64,000 nt of DNA from Gammaproteobacteria bacterium (lineage in GTDB: Bacteria; Pseudomonadota; Gammaproteobacteria; UBA4575), in assembly GCA_965243395.1 (NCBI GenBank), contig CBDEUS010000002.1, forward strand, positions 992,001-1,056,000. The letters are read 5' to 3'. The notes under the pieces were generated by a model. It had not been told where the DNA came from, searched no databases, and was given only the letters and a program-made list of their open reading frames with translations. The translations under genes were made by a program, and so were the position numbers. Within the stretch, counting starts at the first letter, position 1. Each line of letters starts with the position of its first letter. This document shows positions 40,714 to 50,238 of this stretch, in pieces.

Positions 40714-41106
40714 ATGTCAGAATCGCAAAAAATTCGTATAGATAAATGGCTTTGGGCCGCACGCTTTTTCAAAACACGTGCACTGGCATCAAAAGCTGTG
40801 GATGGAGGAAAGGTGCATGTAAATGGCCAACGTGTGAAGTCTTCGCGACCTATTCAAGTGGGAAATCGTATAGAAATCACACGTGCACAAACGCATTTCG
40901 TGATTGAGGTTGTTGCTCTCAGTGAAAAACGAGGTCCAGCAAAAAAAGCTCAACTTTTATATAACGAAACTCAAGATAGTATCGAGCAAAGAGAACATCA
41001 GTCACAGCAAAGAAAAATCATGAATGCCAGTTTACCTAGATCGCAAGGCAAGCCGGACAAGCATCAACGCCGCCAGATTCGCAAAGCGAGTGGCAAGTCA
41101 AATTAG
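40714..41106 (+). CDS. hslR: Ribosome-associated heat shock protein Hsp15 (likely start 40714)
   Basis: RIDKWLWAARFFKTR; KPDKHQRR. Confidence 0.93.
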   Translation: MSESQKIRIDKWLWAARFFKTRALASKAVDGGKVHVNGQRVKSSRPIQVGNRIEITRAQTHFVIEVVALSEKRGPAKKAQLLYNETQDSIEQREHQSQQRKIMNASLPRSQGKPDKHQRRQIRKASGKSN

Positions 41107-41155
41107 TAAAAATGAGTAATTAATGGAATTTTCTGAAAAGACGATTAGGTTGGCG

Positions 41156-41965
41156 TTATTGATTAATTTTGAATGAGATGACAGATTTAGAATCGTTATC
41201 TACAGGTTTGCCCATGCTCATGACTCCACTGGTAATAAGAGTCTGTTCGTTTTTTGAGACATGAATTTTTTGACCGTTATCAAATTTAATGTAAGTTCCA
41301 TTGAAACTATTATCGGCTAAAAAGAATTTACCTTCTTTAAATGTAATTTTGGCATGTGCGCGTGATACAAATTTGCCTTGCACGACAATATCACAGCTTG
41401 GATCACGGCCCACTTGGCAACTTTCTTTTTCGCCTGTGACGACATGTTTCTTGCCTTTTAATGAAAGCTCGATTGATGCTTCTGCTTCATTTGCATCAAT
41501 TGAAGGATCTGGTTCAGGTAGTTCATCTTGAGACGGAATATGAATTTCTGCAGATTCATCCATTTCTGCAATGTCTTCAATTTTGTTATTTGAAACAGCT
41601 TCTATATTAGTAGCATCCAAAATTTCATCTTCTAGATCTTTAATAGAAGATACTATATTGGATGAGGCAGGTTCATCGTCTTTAAGGGCTTCTTCCAGTT
41701 CCCGTGCCCTAGTATCACTTATGTCAATGGATGTGTTGTTTGGTTGTTGTTTTTTCTCGGCAGCAACAGGAGTAGAAGCTGAACTTTCTTCTTGAGCTTC
41801 TTCCTCTTCTACTACATGACGCCGGTCGACTTTTCTACGGCGACTTTTAGTCACCAATACTCCATCACTATCAATGAATGGATAGGTGACTTTACGGCCC
41901 CAGCGGCGGCGTTCATTTTTTCTGCGTTCTTTCATGAAATGGGAGAATATACGTATCAACCCCAA
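41156..41965 (-). CDS. FHA-domain protein with Arg-rich N-terminus and acidic linker
   Basis: VGRDPSCDI...VSRAHA...SFNGTY FHA signature. Confidence 0.85.
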   Translation of the reverse strand: MGLIRIFSHFMKERRKNERRRWGRKVTYPFIDSDGVLVTKSRRRKVDRRHVVEEEEAQEESSASTPVAAEKKQQPNNTSIDISDTRARELEEALKDDEPASSNIVSSIKDLEDEILDATNIEAVSNNKIEDIAEMDESAEIHIPSQDELPEPDPSIDANEAEASIELSLKGKKHVVTGEKESCQVGRDPSCDIVVQGKFVSRAHAKITFKEGKFFLADNSFNGTYIKFDNGQKIHVSKNEQTLITSGVMSMGKPVDNDSKSVISFKINQ

Positions 41966-42088
41966 AGTATGCGGAAATAGCTAACACTTTGAATAGCTTA
42001 AGACTATTCTACAGCCAGGTGGTAGAAACCGGCCGATTAATGTATCCAGAAACCTGCTTGTTTTGGCTGCGTGTAATGGCCAGAGTGA

Positions 42089-42604
42089 CTATGGACAGAA
42101 GTAGTGGATTACGTCTTTCTCTACGTATTCGATTGGGGTGCCAAGGCTAATAATGCCACTGCCATGTAGTTCCATTTTTTCACCCATCAGGAACATTTCG
42201 CCTTCATCGTTTTTAATATAGGTGCCATTGGTGCTGTGGTCTGTGATATGAAATACACCGTTTTCGAAACTAAATCGTGCATGTTGTCGTGATGTGTAAC
42301 GATTTTGAATTTTTACAGTGCAAGTTTGTGCACGTCCCACAATGACTTCATCAGTATCAGGAAATAATTCACAAACTTCATCTTTATGCCACAAGAATAG
42401 CCGTGTTGCCTCTGTATCTGCGGTGTCAACATCAGATTTAGCATCGTTCTGAATTTCGATGTTATTGATTCTTCGATCAGGAATTCTTCGACGGTCTTCA
42501 CGAACTAATGTTTGGTCACTATCGAAAAATGGAAATGGGGGGCTGTCGCTGGATTTGCGACGATCTTCAAGAGTTCTTCTTTCGTTAATGAATTCCGTGC
42601 CCAT
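42089..42604 (-). CDS. FHA-domain protein with Arg-rich N-terminus
   Basis: VGRAQTC...TSRQHA...DHSTNGTY FHA signature. Confidence 0.87.
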   Translation of the reverse strand: MGTEFINERRTLEDRRKSSDSPPFPFFDSDQTLVREDRRRIPDRRINNIEIQNDAKSDVDTADTEATRLFLWHKDEVCELFPDTDEVIVGRAQTCTVKIQNRYTSRQHARFSFENGVFHITDHSTNGTYIKNDEGEMFLMGEKMELHGSGIISLGTPIEYVEKDVIHYFCP

Positions 42605-42683
42605 ATTTAATTGAAGTAAAGTAACTATTTACTCACGTAATTAATTAGTGAGTGCTTAGGTAACACCGCTACAGAATGTTACG

Positions 42684-42851
42684 TTATGTAATGATCAGTA
42701 AAGACTGAGTCAGTTGTGGTGCCCAGATTTTAAACATGGCATATCCATAAGTAGCAAGACCTAAAAATAACCATATTGCGAGTAAAAATATTGGAGAAAC
42801 TTGTTGCTCCTCGAAGCTGGGAGTACTTGCGTTTTCTACAAGTTGTGTCAT
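42684..42851 (-). CDS. Small single-TM protein (55 aa), not in the ORF track
   Basis: GAGGT RBS; MTQLVENASTPSFEEQQVSPIFLLAIWLFLGLATYGYAMFKIWAPQLTQSLLIIT. Confidence 0.6.
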   Translation of the reverse strand: MTQLVENASTPSFEEQQVSPIFLLAIWLFLGLATYGYAMFKIWAPQLTQSLLIIT

Positions 42852-43096
42852 TTACATACCTCAAAGACTAGATGTTTGTACTCTAGATGCAAATTTTATC
42901 ATGATGCTTGTTAAGTTGATATGAAGCTTTTGAAGTTTTTATTGTTTTCAATTGTGAAGTTTTTTGTGTAATTTAGTTGTCGAGTAGCGAATAAATAAAC
43001 GTCAAAAATTTAGGGTAATAAGCAAAGATTTTAGATTTAGATGTTATGATAACTTAAAGAAAATATTGAATATTTGTATACGAATTATTTCTTACT

Positions 43097-44410
43097 ATGA
43101 AGAAAGATTTAGATTCTAAGCTAGCTGATTTGCATCTTTCTTGCTTGACAGAGCAATCAATTGACTCCAGTCAGATATGTGACGGTGCCTTGAAAATTAT
43201 TTCTCAGCTGCATGCAGCAGGGTTTCAAGCCTATATTGTGGGCGGTGGAGTAAGGGATTTATTGCTGGATTTGCACCCCAAAGATTTTGATATTGCCACC
43301 AATGCCACCCCCGAAGATGTGCGTCGTTTATTTGATAACAGCCGAATAATCGGCAGGCGTTTTCGTATAGTTCACGTCTATTTTGAAGGTGGTTTTGTTG
43401 AAGTTTCAACGTTTCGTGCAGCAAGTAGAGCCAGTACAAACAAAGAGGGGCGTATTATTGCGGACAATACATTTGGCAGTATTGAAGAAGATGCGTTTCG
43501 TCGTGACTTTACGGTTAATGCATTATTTTATGATTCAGAAAATGATCAAATTTTAGATTTAGTTAATGGTATTCAAGACGTAAACGCTAAATTATTACGT
43601 GTCATTGGCGATCCTGATTTACGTTTTCGTGAAGATCCAGTACGTATGTTGCGTGCCATCAGATTAGCAACCAAGCTTAATTTTGAAATTGAAGAGAGTG
43701 CTAAAGATGCAATTATTCGTTTGGGTTGTTTGCTATCCGAAGTACCCTCGGCACGTTTGTTTGATGAAATGATTAAACTATTTCATGGAGGCCATGCTTT
43801 AGAAACTTATAAGGGTTTACGTGAGTATGATTTATTTCGTCATATGTTTCCTCTGACTCAGCAAGTGCTCGAGGAAGAGACAGCTAGTGAGTCATTTACA
43901 TTTACGAATTTGGTTCGAATCGCGCTGGAGAATACAGATGAACGTATTCTTACTGGAAAATCGGTTACACCTGCATTTCTGTACGCAGTATTTTTATGGG
44001 GGCCTATGCGTAAACTAAGCAAACAGCTGGAGCTGGATGGTTTGTCACCACGGGTCGCTCATGATGCTGCTGCAAAAGATACTATTCTTTCGCAATTACC
44101 TTATACATCAATTCCAAAACGCTTTTCTTTTTCGATGCGTGATATTTGGAATTTGCAATATCGTTTTTATCGCCGAAGGGGTAAGCAAGTATATAAGTTG
44201 TTTGAGCATGATCGGTTTCGTGCGGCCTACGATTTTTTATGCTTACGAGCAAGCGCTGGAGAACCGGTAGATGAACTTTGCGAATGGTGGACGGTTTTTC
44301 AAGAAGTGGATGACGCTACACGGCGAAAGATGTTGCGTGCTTCAAAAGAGACTAAAAAATCTAAAGCAAAAATGAAGTCGGGCCGCTATAAAAACAAAAC
44401 CTATCATTAG
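43097..44410 (+). CDS. pcnB: Poly(A) polymerase I
   Basis: VGGGVRDLL, DFDIAT, IIGRRFRIVHV signature, RFRAAYDF; precedes folK. Confidence 0.96.
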   Translation: MKKDLDSKLADLHLSCLTEQSIDSSQICDGALKIISQLHAAGFQAYIVGGGVRDLLLDLHPKDFDIATNATPEDVRRLFDNSRIIGRRFRIVHVYFEGGFVEVSTFRAASRASTNKEGRIIADNTFGSIEEDAFRRDFTVNALFYDSENDQILDLVNGIQDVNAKLLRVIGDPDLRFREDPVRMLRAIRLATKLNFEIEESAKDAIIRLGCLLSEVPSARLFDEMIKLFHGGHALETYKGLREYDLFRHMFPLTQQVLEEETASESFTFTNLVRIALENTDERILTGKSVTPAFLYAVFLWGPMRKLSKQLELDGLSPRVAHDAAAKDTILSQLPYTSIPKRFSFSMRDIWNLQYRFYRRRGKQVYKLFEHDRFRAAYDFLCLRASAGEPVDELCEWWTVFQEVDDATRRKMLRASKETKKSKAKMKSGRYKNKTYH

Positions 44411-44422
44411 GTTTTTAACACT

Positions 44423-44923
44423 ATGCCTTTTAAAGATGCCTACATAGGGTTAGGAAGTAATTTATCTGATCCACATGCTCAGGTTGCTCAAGCACTGCAA
44501 GAGCTGAATGATATTGCGGATACCAAGCTTGTAAAAGTTTCAAGTTTTTATATCAGTAAACCCATGGGTCCTTCAGATCAGCCTGATTACATCAATGCAG
44601 TGGCTAAAATCAGTACGAGTCTTTCTGCCGAAGAACTGCTAGTAGAATTGCAACGTATTGAAAATAAGCACCAAAGGCAGCGAAATAAGCAACGTTGGGG
44701 GCCAAGGACCTTAGATTTAGATATCATCCTATATGGGGATGAACAAATTGATAGTAAGAAGCTACAAATCCCACATTACGGTGTATCTGAACGAGGATTT
44801 GTATTAATTCCTTTACAAGAGCTACAGGCGGACCTCATTATTCCTGGCAAGGGCTCAGTTGCTGATCTTATTGAGAAACTGCCGGATTACCATTTAGAAA
44901 AGTTAAACCATAATAATGGATAA
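44423..44923 (+). CDS. folK: 2-amino-4-hydroxy-6-hydroxymethyldihydropteridine diphosphokinase
   Basis: IGLGSNL and WGPRTLDLDI. Confidence 0.97.
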   Translation: MPFKDAYIGLGSNLSDPHAQVAQALQELNDIADTKLVKVSSFYISKPMGPSDQPDYINAVAKISTSLSAEELLVELQRIENKHQRQRNKQRWGPRTLDLDIILYGDEQIDSKKLQIPHYGVSERGFVLIPLQELQADLIIPGKGSVADLIEKLPDYHLEKLNHNNG

Positions 44924-45566
44924 GCATAATCTTAAATACATAGTCATCGAGGGGCCGATTGGGGTGGGAAAAACCAGTTTGGCGCAACGTTTGGCTGACG
45001 AGTTTGGTTCAACATTGTTGCTTGAACATGTTGACGATAATCCTTTTCTTGAACGTTTTTATCAAAATCCGCGCGAAGCCGCGTTGTCTACACAACTTTA
45101 TTTTTTATTACAACGTACAAAACAGCTTCAAGAATTTAAGCAAGCCGATATTTTTTCGCCAGTGCGTGTGGCCGATTTTCTGATCGAAAAAGATCGTTTG
45201 TTTGCGCAAGTAACTTTAAATGCCAGTGAATTTGAACTTTATGAACAAATTTATTCGCATTTAACCATAGACGCACCCGTTCCTGATTTAGTGGTGTATT
45301 TACAAGCGCCAGTAGAAATTTTAATTCAGCGTATTCGTAAACGTGGAAGAGGTTATGAACGTTTGATTGAAACGGCATATTTAGAGCAATTGAACGAAGC
45401 GTATGCGAAGTTCTTCTATGACTATGAAGAAGCTCCATGTTTAATTGTCAATGCGAGTGATATTGATTTCATTAACAATGATCAAGACTATCAGCAGTTG
45501 TTACATGAAATACTCAATACAGAGGCAGGCAAGCGTTATTTTAACCCTTTGCCATTTGCTGGTTAG
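44916..45566 (+). CDS. Deoxynucleoside kinase
   Basis: EGPIGVGKT, NPFLERFY and PDLVVYLQA. Confidence 0.93.
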   Translation: MDKHNLKYIVIEGPIGVGKTSLAQRLADEFGSTLLLEHVDDNPFLERFYQNPREAALSTQLYFLLQRTKQLQEFKQADIFSPVRVADFLIEKDRLFAQVTLNASEFELYEQIYSHLTIDAPVPDLVVYLQAPVEILIQRIRKRGRGYERLIETAYLEQLNEAYAKFFYDYEEAPCLIVNASDIDFINNDQDYQQLLHEILNTEAGKRYFNPLPFAG

Positions 45567-45599
45567 AAATTCCTAACTTTACCCTGACATTTTTTTAGA

Positions 45600-46397
45600 A
45601 TGAGTATTCATAAGCCGCAAAAAAATATTACTCTCACTCGTTTGCATGAGATGAAAGCAAGTAATGAAAAAATTGCTTGTTTAACAGCCTATGACGCCAG
45701 TTTTGCCACCATCCTGGATCAAGCAGGTATGGATGTAATCCTCATTGGCGACTCACTCGGCATGGTGGTGCAAGGACAAGACAGTACTGTTTCTGTAACC
45801 ATGGAAGATATGATTTATCACAGCCAATGTGTAAGTGCAGTAGTAAAGAATGCCTTTGTTATTGCAGATATGCCATTTATGTCTTACACCAACGTTGAGC
45901 AAGCATTAGCCAATGCAACGGATCTCATACAACTAGGCGGTGCGCAAATGGTCAAGCTCGAAGCTTCTACTAGACAGGTGAGTATTGTTGAAGAATTAAG
46001 TGAGTGTGGAATCCCAATTTGTGCGCATTTAGGTTTGCGTCCTCAGTATATTCATAAATTAGGCGGTTACGCCATGCAAGGCAAGGATGATGCGAGTGCG
46101 AAACAGTTGTTTGAAAGCGCTCAAAGCTTGCAAGCTGCAGGTGCTGATATGTTGTTGTTAGAGTGTGTGCCTAAGGCTTTAGCAAAAAAAATTACTCAAG
46201 AATCTTCTATACCTGTAATTGGGATAGGAGCTGGATCAGATTGTGATGGACAGATTCTTGTGCTACATGACGTCATTGGTATCACTCATGGAGTTACTCC
46301 AAAGTTTGCAAAAAACTTTTTATCTGAAGCGGATGATATTCCATCTGCTATTTCAAATTACGTTAATGACGTTAAGAATCTTAAATTTCCTCATTAA
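45600..46397 (+). CDS. panB: 3-methyl-2-oxobutanoate hydroxymethyltransferase
   Basis: LTAYDA, GDSLGM and IGIGAG..CDGQILV. Confidence 0.97.
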   Translation: MSIHKPQKNITLTRLHEMKASNEKIACLTAYDASFATILDQAGMDVILIGDSLGMVVQGQDSTVSVTMEDMIYHSQCVSAVVKNAFVIADMPFMSYTNVEQALANATDLIQLGGAQMVKLEASTRQVSIVEELSECGIPICAHLGLRPQYIHKLGGYAMQGKDDASAKQLFESAQSLQAAGADMLLLECVPKALAKKITQESSIPVIGIGAGSDCDGQILVLHDVIGITHGVTPKFAKNFLSEADDIPSAISNYVNDVKNLKFPH

Positions 46398-46403
46398 ATA
46401 ATC

Positions 46404-47255
46404 ATGCAAGTTGTAAATACGGTTGCTGAGTTACGCCAGCAAGTTAAGGTATGGAAATCTGAGCGGGAAAAAATTGCATTTGTTCCTACAATGGGCAACT
46501 TGCATGCGGGTCATTTAGCATTAGTCAAACATGCGCATACATGTGGAAGCAAAATTGTTTGCAGTATTTTTGTCAATGCTTTGCAATTTGATCGAGACGA
46601 AGACTTACAAGCCTATCCACGCACACCCGAGCAAGATCTTGAAGCTTTAAAGAGTGAGGATGTAGATTTAGTTTTCATGCCAGAACATGATGACGTCTAT
46701 GCTGAAAAGCATAAACCGAAAAAGGTAATTCCTAAACATCCTATTAACCAAGAATTATGTGGTGAGTTTCGACCAGGATTTTTTGATGGCATTGTAGAAG
46801 TGGTTGCAAGATTATTTGATATGGTTGCTCCCGATGTTGCGGTATTCGGTGAAAAAGATTTTCAACAACTGGTTATTATTAAGCTATTAGTAGAAGATTT
46901 AAGATTACCGATTAAGATCGAATCCGTTGCAACGCAGCGAGAGGAAGATGGTTTAGCGTATAGCTCGCGTAATGTTTATTTAAGCTCAGAAGAAAGAGCA
47001 AAAGCCAGACATTTATATGCAGCCTTAAAGCATGTAAAAACTCAAATTGAGTCGGGATTTAATGACTTCGAGGCCTTAGAGCAACAGGCAATGGGGCAGC
47101 TTTCACTGGCGGGTTTTCAGCCAGATTACGTAGCCATTCGAGATGCCGAAGATCTCGGTAACCCTGAATATGCTACTGATTCTATTGTAATTTTAGGAGC
47201 TGCATGGCTTGGAAAAGCACGTTTGATCGACAATTTACTGTTACAAATCCGTTAA
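46404..47255 (+). CDS. panC: Pantoate--beta-alanine ligase
   Basis: PTMGNLHAGH, FGEKDFQQ, SSRN and RLIDN. Confidence 0.97.
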   Translation: MQVVNTVAELRQQVKVWKSEREKIAFVPTMGNLHAGHLALVKHAHTCGSKIVCSIFVNALQFDRDEDLQAYPRTPEQDLEALKSEDVDLVFMPEHDDVYAEKHKPKKVIPKHPINQELCGEFRPGFFDGIVEVVARLFDMVAPDVAVFGEKDFQQLVIIKLLVEDLRLPIKIESVATQREEDGLAYSSRNVYLSSEERAKARHLYAALKHVKTQIESGFNDFEALEQQAMGQLSLAGFQPDYVAIRDAEDLGNPEYATDSIVILGAAWLGKARLIDNLLLQIR

Positions 47256-47309
47256 ATCAGTATACTTAAGACAAGAGTATTCGAAGATTCATAATTCAAG
47301 GAGTTCGGT

Positions 47310-47408
47310 ATGTGGATGTTAGTTGTATTTATGATTGTACTAACCTTTGTAGTAAATATTGCTGCACAATTAAATTTATTTTCTCACCTTAAGAATGGTA
47401 CTTATTAG
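47310..47408 (+). CDS. Small hydrophobic protein (32 aa), not in the ORF track
   Basis: AAGGAG RBS; MWMLVVFMIVLTFVVNIAAQLNLFSHLKNGTY; followed by a terminator. Confidence 0.55.
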   Translation: MWMLVVFMIVLTFVVNIAAQLNLFSHLKNGTY

Positions 47409-47438
47409 CAGTTATCTCATTCTTAATATTAGAATTAA

Positions 47439-47467
47439 AAGGGCGCGAATAGCGCCCTTATTTTTTT
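47439..47467 (+). terminator. Intrinsic terminator
   Basis: AAGGGCGC-GAATA-GCGCCCTT followed by a T7 tract. Confidence 0.85.
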
Positions 47468-47475
47468 ACGCTGTC

Positions 47476-47597
47476 AGAAGCCTTGATTTATTCTGGCTAC
47501 TTCGTTAAAAATCATTTCAATTTTACTCATGTATATATTTATACATATCGCTCTTTTCTATAATTTTTGCCTCGTCTCAAAATAAATCAAGGCTTCT
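47476..47597. repeat. Long palindromic MITE-like element, copy 2
   Basis: 17-bp perfect terminal IR AGAAGCCTTGATTTATT / AATAAATCAAGGCTTCT; internal CTTCGTTAAA...CTCATGTAT. Confidence 0.85.
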
Positions 47598-47605
47598 CTG
47601 AGAAA

Positions 47606-49153
47606 ATGAGTAATACAATAAAAAAATTGTCCTCTTATCAGGCACTAGCCAAGCATTTTGATGATATTAAATCGCATACCTTGCGAGAATCGTTTGCACA
47701 AGATACTAATCGCTTTTCAAAGTTCTCGGTGCGATTTGAAGGGCTATTATTTGATTATTCAAAAAACCGTATTTCAAAAAATACGCTTACAAAGCTTATT
47801 GCATTATTTAATGAATGTGATGTCGATGGTTGGCGAAAGAAGATGTTCGCGGGCGAAGAAATCAATACTACAGAGAAGCGTGGAGTTCAACATACAGCAT
47901 TACGAGATTTGGAAAATAAAGAATCTGATATTGCTAACAAACAAATAGATGCACTAAAGAAGATAGAATCTTTTATTGCCAAGTTACAAAATTCAAATAT
48001 TACTGATGTAGTGAACATAGGTATTGGTGGTTCTCATCTAGGCCCACAATTTGTATGTGATGCTTTGCGAGAATATTCCAGTTCAAATTTAAATATTCAT
48101 TTTGTAGCCAATGTAGATGCAGAAGAAATAAATCGTGTTCTAGAGAGTCTCCAACCCAAAAACACCTTATTTATTGTCACTTCTAAGAGTTTTACAACTC
48201 AAGAAACATTAACCAATTCATTATCCGCAAGATCTTGGCTAACAAGTGATAGAAATCTAAAAAATGAAGATCATTTTGTTGCAGTTACCGCAAATGTAAA
48301 AAAAGCCACTGAATTTGGGATTGCAGAAGAAAATATATTTCCCATGTGGGATGAAATCGGTGGACGCTATTCACTTTGGTCTGCAGTAGGTTTGTCTATC
48401 GCAGTTAAGATTGGGATGGAAAACTTTAAAGAATTGCTCAATGGAGCACATGCTATGGATCAGCATTTTATACATGCATCAGCTGACCAAAACATTCCAG
48501 TTTTGATGGCGTTATTAGATATTTGGAACCAACATTTCCTGAATACAACTGCACATGCAATTCTTCCTTATGATGTACGTTTAGCGTATCTACCAGCTTA
48601 TTTGCAACAGCTTGTAATGGAGAGTAATGGTAAGTCAGTCGACCGTCAGGGAAATGTATTAACAGTGCCAAGCTCCGCAATTTTGTTCGGTGATGTGGGA
48701 ACAAATGCGCAACATAGTTTTTTCCAGTTATTGCATCAAGGAACACAGCAAGTGAGCTGTGACTTTATTGGTATAGCAAAACCATCTCATGATAATCATG
48801 AACAGCATGAAATTTTACTGGCAAACATGATTGGTCAAACACAAGCTTTGATGATGGGGCAAAGCTTAGAAGAGGCAGGTGATCAGCATAAAGTATTCTT
48901 GGGTAATCGAGTTAGCAATACAATTTTGTTATCAGAATTGACTCCTTACTCACTAGGCATGTTATTAGCCATATATGAGCATAGAACGTTTGTTCAAGGA
49001 GCATTACTGAATATCAATTCCTTTGATCAAATGGGAGTTGAATTGGGTAAACGACTGGCGAATAAATTGCTCGACAAAATCCGGGATGATTCGGTAACTG
49101 GAGAAGACTCATCCACCAGTGGTTTGATCGACTTTTATAAACAGAACAATTAG
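47606..49153 (+). CDS. pgi: Glucose-6-phosphate isomerase (likely start ATG 47606)
   Basis: IGIGGS, SKSFTTQET, GGRYSLWS, MESNGK and FDQMGVELGK. Confidence 0.97.
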   Translation: MSNTIKKLSSYQALAKHFDDIKSHTLRESFAQDTNRFSKFSVRFEGLLFDYSKNRISKNTLTKLIALFNECDVDGWRKKMFAGEEINTTEKRGVQHTALRDLENKESDIANKQIDALKKIESFIAKLQNSNITDVVNIGIGGSHLGPQFVCDALREYSSSNLNIHFVANVDAEEINRVLESLQPKNTLFIVTSKSFTTQETLTNSLSARSWLTSDRNLKNEDHFVAVTANVKKATEFGIAEENIFPMWDEIGGRYSLWSAVGLSIAVKIGMENFKELLNGAHAMDQHFIHASADQNIPVLMALLDIWNQHFLNTTAHAILPYDVRLAYLPAYLQQLVMESNGKSVDRQGNVLTVPSSAILFGDVGTNAQHSFFQLLHQGTQQVSCDFIGIAKPSHDNHEQHEILLANMIGQTQALMMGQSLEEAGDQHKVFLGNRVSNTILLSELTPYSLGMLLAIYEHRTFVQGALLNINSFDQMGVELGKRLANKLLDKIRDDSVTGEDSSTSGLIDFYKQNN

Positions 49154-49155
49154 CT

Positions 49156-50214
49156 TTACTTGTGTTGCTCGAGAGCCCATTCGGTATGCTCTCTCACTAG
49201 TTCGCTTGGATTTTTTAGCTTTTCTTTTAGTGCATGAACTACGGCAGGTGTGCTAGGTGCATTGCCCAAAGCAACCGCAATGTTTCGCAACCAGCATTCG
49301 TAGTCAATGCGCCGAATAGCCGAACCCACGGTATTTTCCAAGAATTCTTTTTCGCTCCAATTAAATAGGTCAATTAACTCAGGTGCGTCTAAATTATTTC
49401 GTACAGCGAAATCTGCAAGCTCACTTTTTTGTTCAAACCGATTCCATGGGCAATACAGTTGACAATCATCACAACCATAAATCCTATTCCCCATTGCTTT
49501 TCTGAACTCGATTGGAATGGAGCCCTTTAATTCAATTGTGTGATAAGAAATACAACGACGTGCATCTAATTTATACGGTGCAATAATCGCTTGAGTCGGA
49601 CAGACATCCATACATGTTCGACATGTACCGCAGTGGTTTTCTACAGGACTGTCGACTGGTAACGGCAGGTCGGTATAGAGTTCGCCAAGAAAGAACCACG
49701 AACCACATTCTTTATTGATTAAATTTGTGTGTTTTCCTATCCATCCAAGTCCTGCTTTTTCTGCCAAAGCTTTTTCAAGAACGGGAGCGCTGTCTACAAA
49801 TGCACGGTAACCAAATGAACCCACTTCATCAGCAATTTTGTCCGCAAGTTTTTGCAAGCGTTTACGTATTACTTTGTGATAATCACGCCCCAATGCATAA
49901 CGGGAAATATACGCTTGTTCAGAAGTCCTTAATACTTCCTCTTCGTTTGTGGCATCAGGTGCCTGATAATTAATGCGAGTAGAAATAATACGAATTGTCC
50001 CGGGAATTAATTTTTCAGGGCGAGACCGCTTTGTACCATGCTGATTCATGTAGTGCATTTCTCCATGGTAACCAGCTTCTAACCAATTCATTAGGTATGT
50101 TTCATGTTCACTTAATTCAGTATTTGTAATTCCAATTTCGTCAAAGCCTAATTCATTACCCCAGACTCTGATGTCTTGAGCAAGCTTTACAAAATCGGTT
50201 GTGACACTATTCAT
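49156..50214 (-). CDS. queG: tRNA epoxyqueuosine(34) reductase QueG
   Basis: YALGRDYH, DSAPVLE, CGTCRTCMDVCPT and YGCDDCQ. Confidence 0.97.
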   Translation of the reverse strand: MNSVTTDFVKLAQDIRVWGNELGFDEIGITNTELSEHETYLMNWLEAGYHGEMHYMNQHGTKRSRPEKLIPGTIRIISTRINYQAPDATNEEEVLRTSEQAYISRYALGRDYHKVIRKRLQKLADKIADEVGSFGYRAFVDSAPVLEKALAEKAGLGWIGKHTNLINKECGSWFFLGELYTDLPLPVDSPVENHCGTCRTCMDVCPTQAIIAPYKLDARRCISYHTIELKGSIPIEFRKAMGNRIYGCDDCQLYCPWNRFEQKSELADFAVRNNLDAPELIDLFNWSEKEFLENTVGSAIRRIDYECWLRNIAVALGNAPSTPAVVHALKEKLKNPSELVREHTEWALEQHK

Positions 50215-50238
50215 GGGTAGGCTAGGTATAATTCAGAT

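Noticed and set aside
42645-42660. TTAGTGAGTGC resembling the start of the end element
   Set aside because: No GGA hairpin follows; explained by a local ACTCAC/GTGAGT inverted repeat.
47567-47605. N-terminal extension of Pgi from TTG 47567
   Set aside because: Lies within palindromic element copy 2; ATG 47606 is more plausible.
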